Shown here piece by piece: positions 54,317 through 55,499 of a DNA stretch of 55,499 nt. Below the pieces are notes generated by a model, which did no database searches, was not told the origin of the DNA, and saw nothing but the letters and a program-made list of their open reading frames with translations. The first letter of the stretch is position 1; every line of letters begins with the position of its first letter. Position numbers and translations under genes: made by a program. Where the stretch lies: positions 1 through 55,499 of IMG/VR virus record IMGVR_UViG_3300030207_002164; one strand, 5' to 3'. The stretch is from a virus. Its lineage: Duplodnaviria; Caudoviricetes.

Positions 54317-55498
54317 TTATCTTACTGGGCATGCACCGCTTGCGCAGTCATCTATCTCTATGTCTTCCATTTTGATTTCATGAAGAGAGGTGATTGGCGT
54401 GCATTGCTTCTTTAATTTGTTGTATGTCTTTTTGTCAATCTCTTCTAGTGGAGCTTGATCAAAACCATGGTCGTTATGAAGCAAGAAAGAAACAGATTTT
54501 ACGTTTACGTAATTATCGCGTAACCACGCTTTAATTGCGTCTAATTCTTCTTTCCTATAGTAAACGGTCACTGACACCGAGTTATCGCTCCATTCGGCCT
54601 GTAATCGCTTTATAACCTCTAGTTGATCTACTGCTGACATATCAGCTGCAAACATGGTTCCTTTTGGAAACTTGCATGGGAACTCCACAACAACTGTTGA
54701 GTGGTCCTCTGTGCCGTCAAAGTTTCTCACATATTCTATGCGAAAGCCATTCTTTCTGCACACGCTGACCAACTCGCTATTAGCAGACATTCGTATTCTC
54801 CTAATGTAATGTTCTGAGTATCCAGGGTGTGCTCCTGGTGTAACGCCAGCAAGTAAACTAAGCGTTCCAGATGGTTTAACTGTTGTAAGTTTAATAGATG
54901 TAGGGAATCCTGCGTCCCTAGAGTAAATTCTGTCATATTCACGTAGGTAAATGTAGCAACTTTCGAGCCAACTGCGTTGCTCCTCTGTTGCCTGTAAATA
55001 ACCTGTCACACCTATACCCATTCTCATGTGTCTGTGGACAATATCTTCTGTCTCTTTGACAGCACACTTGATAGACAGGCTATGTTTGTTGATGCGGTAC
55101 AGGTAGACAGCTACCTTCTTAAGTTCTTTTTCTGACTCTATGTTCGGTAGATATATCTCAGCTAGACAGCATGTCTCAAATGGAGCAAGAGATTGTTCCG
55201 CACACGGATTGTAACCCATCACATCTGGATCAGGGTATTGCATTTCACCTGTTCTACCCATGCGCCTTGATGCTTCTAGGTTGATTAGACCGTAAGGTTC
55301 TCCGTTACCTTCATAGCCACCCCAAAACTCATCAGGTAGTTGATCTATATCATCACACACCACTGAGTTGTTAGACATTGCTCTCCAGTTAGGGATACCG
55401 CCTAGGTCCCAACGCTTTGCGCGTAGATAGTCAAGATCGTCGTGATCTCCTAGAGCAATCTGAGCTGAACGTCTCACGTTTCCAGCTACAACTATCTT
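54317..55498 (-). CDS. nrdJ: class II (adenosylcobalamin) ribonucleotide reductase, monomeric RTPR type; 5' end outside window
   Basis: Frame open to window edge (KIVVAGNVRRSA); NPCAEQSL, TTVKPSGTLSLL, C-terminal CASGACP. Confidence 0.95.
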   Translation of the reverse strand, partial: KIVVAGNVRRSAQIALGDHDDLDYLRAKRWDLGGIPNWRAMSNNSVVCDDIDQLPDEFWGGYEGNGEPYGLINLEASRRMGRTGEMQYPDPDVMGYNPCAEQSLAPFETCCLAEIYLPNIESEKELKKVAVYLYRINKHSLSIKCAVKETEDIVHRHMRMGIGVTGYLQATEEQRSWLESCYIYLREYDRIYSRDAGFPTSIKLTTVKPSGTLSLLAGVTPGAHPGYSEHYIRRIRMSANSELVSVCRKNGFRIEYVRNFDGTEDHSTVVVEFPCKFPKGTMFAADMSAVDQLEVIKRLQAEWSDNSVSVTVYYRKEELDAIKAWLRDNYVNVKSVSFLLHNDHGFDQAPLEEIDKKTYNKLKKQCTPITSLHEIKMEDIEIDDCASGACPVR

Positions 55499-55499
55499 G

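Noticed and set aside
5444-54942. Numerous short minus-strand and out-of-frame ORFs inside late genes and nrdJ
   Set aside because: Nested in well-supported genes, shadow-like composition, no leaders; only 8510..8932 has independent support
1-55499. Stop-codon reassignment as in some crAss-like phages
   Set aside because: Long genes are intact in the standard code, and TAG and TGA end coupled genes (e.g. 1931, 8510, 18640)

Overview
The window is a 55.5-kb part of a tailed, podovirus-like dsDNA phage genome that almost certainly infects Bacteroidota (probably marine Flavobacteriia). Host evidence: TAnnTTTG (-7) promoters, A-rich leaders without Shine-Dalgarno, Gln-after-signal-peptide exported proteins and a T9SS sorting domain. 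Layout: (i) 1-3789, leftward small early genes, most with an AAACCAA leader motif, including a tiny lipoprotein missed by the ORF track. (ii) 3022-4237, a dense array of about 25 perfect 2-4-nt-loop mini-hairpins at the divergence point, partly overprinted on a coding gene. (iii) 4559-54316, a rightward late region: DUF5675-like lysin, tandem GroES, terminase, portal, scaffold, major capsid protein, paralogous decoration proteins, tail ring and nozzle proteins, ejection proteins (GH73 hydrolase; 2900-aa LPD38-type protein) and holin. (iv) The 3' part of a convergent class II ribonucleotide reductase. Most notable: a late cassette (16151-21101) aimed at the host envelope, encoding a Cys-repeat T9SS cargo protein, an outer-membrane beta-barrel, a membrane-anchored coiled coil and an exported CxxC-less thioredoxin-fold protein. 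Also notable are a split tail nozzle carrying the same Cys repeats plus dockerin-like motifs, the hairpin array, and a shared aromatic-x-x-GG tag on putative capsid cargo proteins. All family calls come from motif recognition by eye; no database searches were run.
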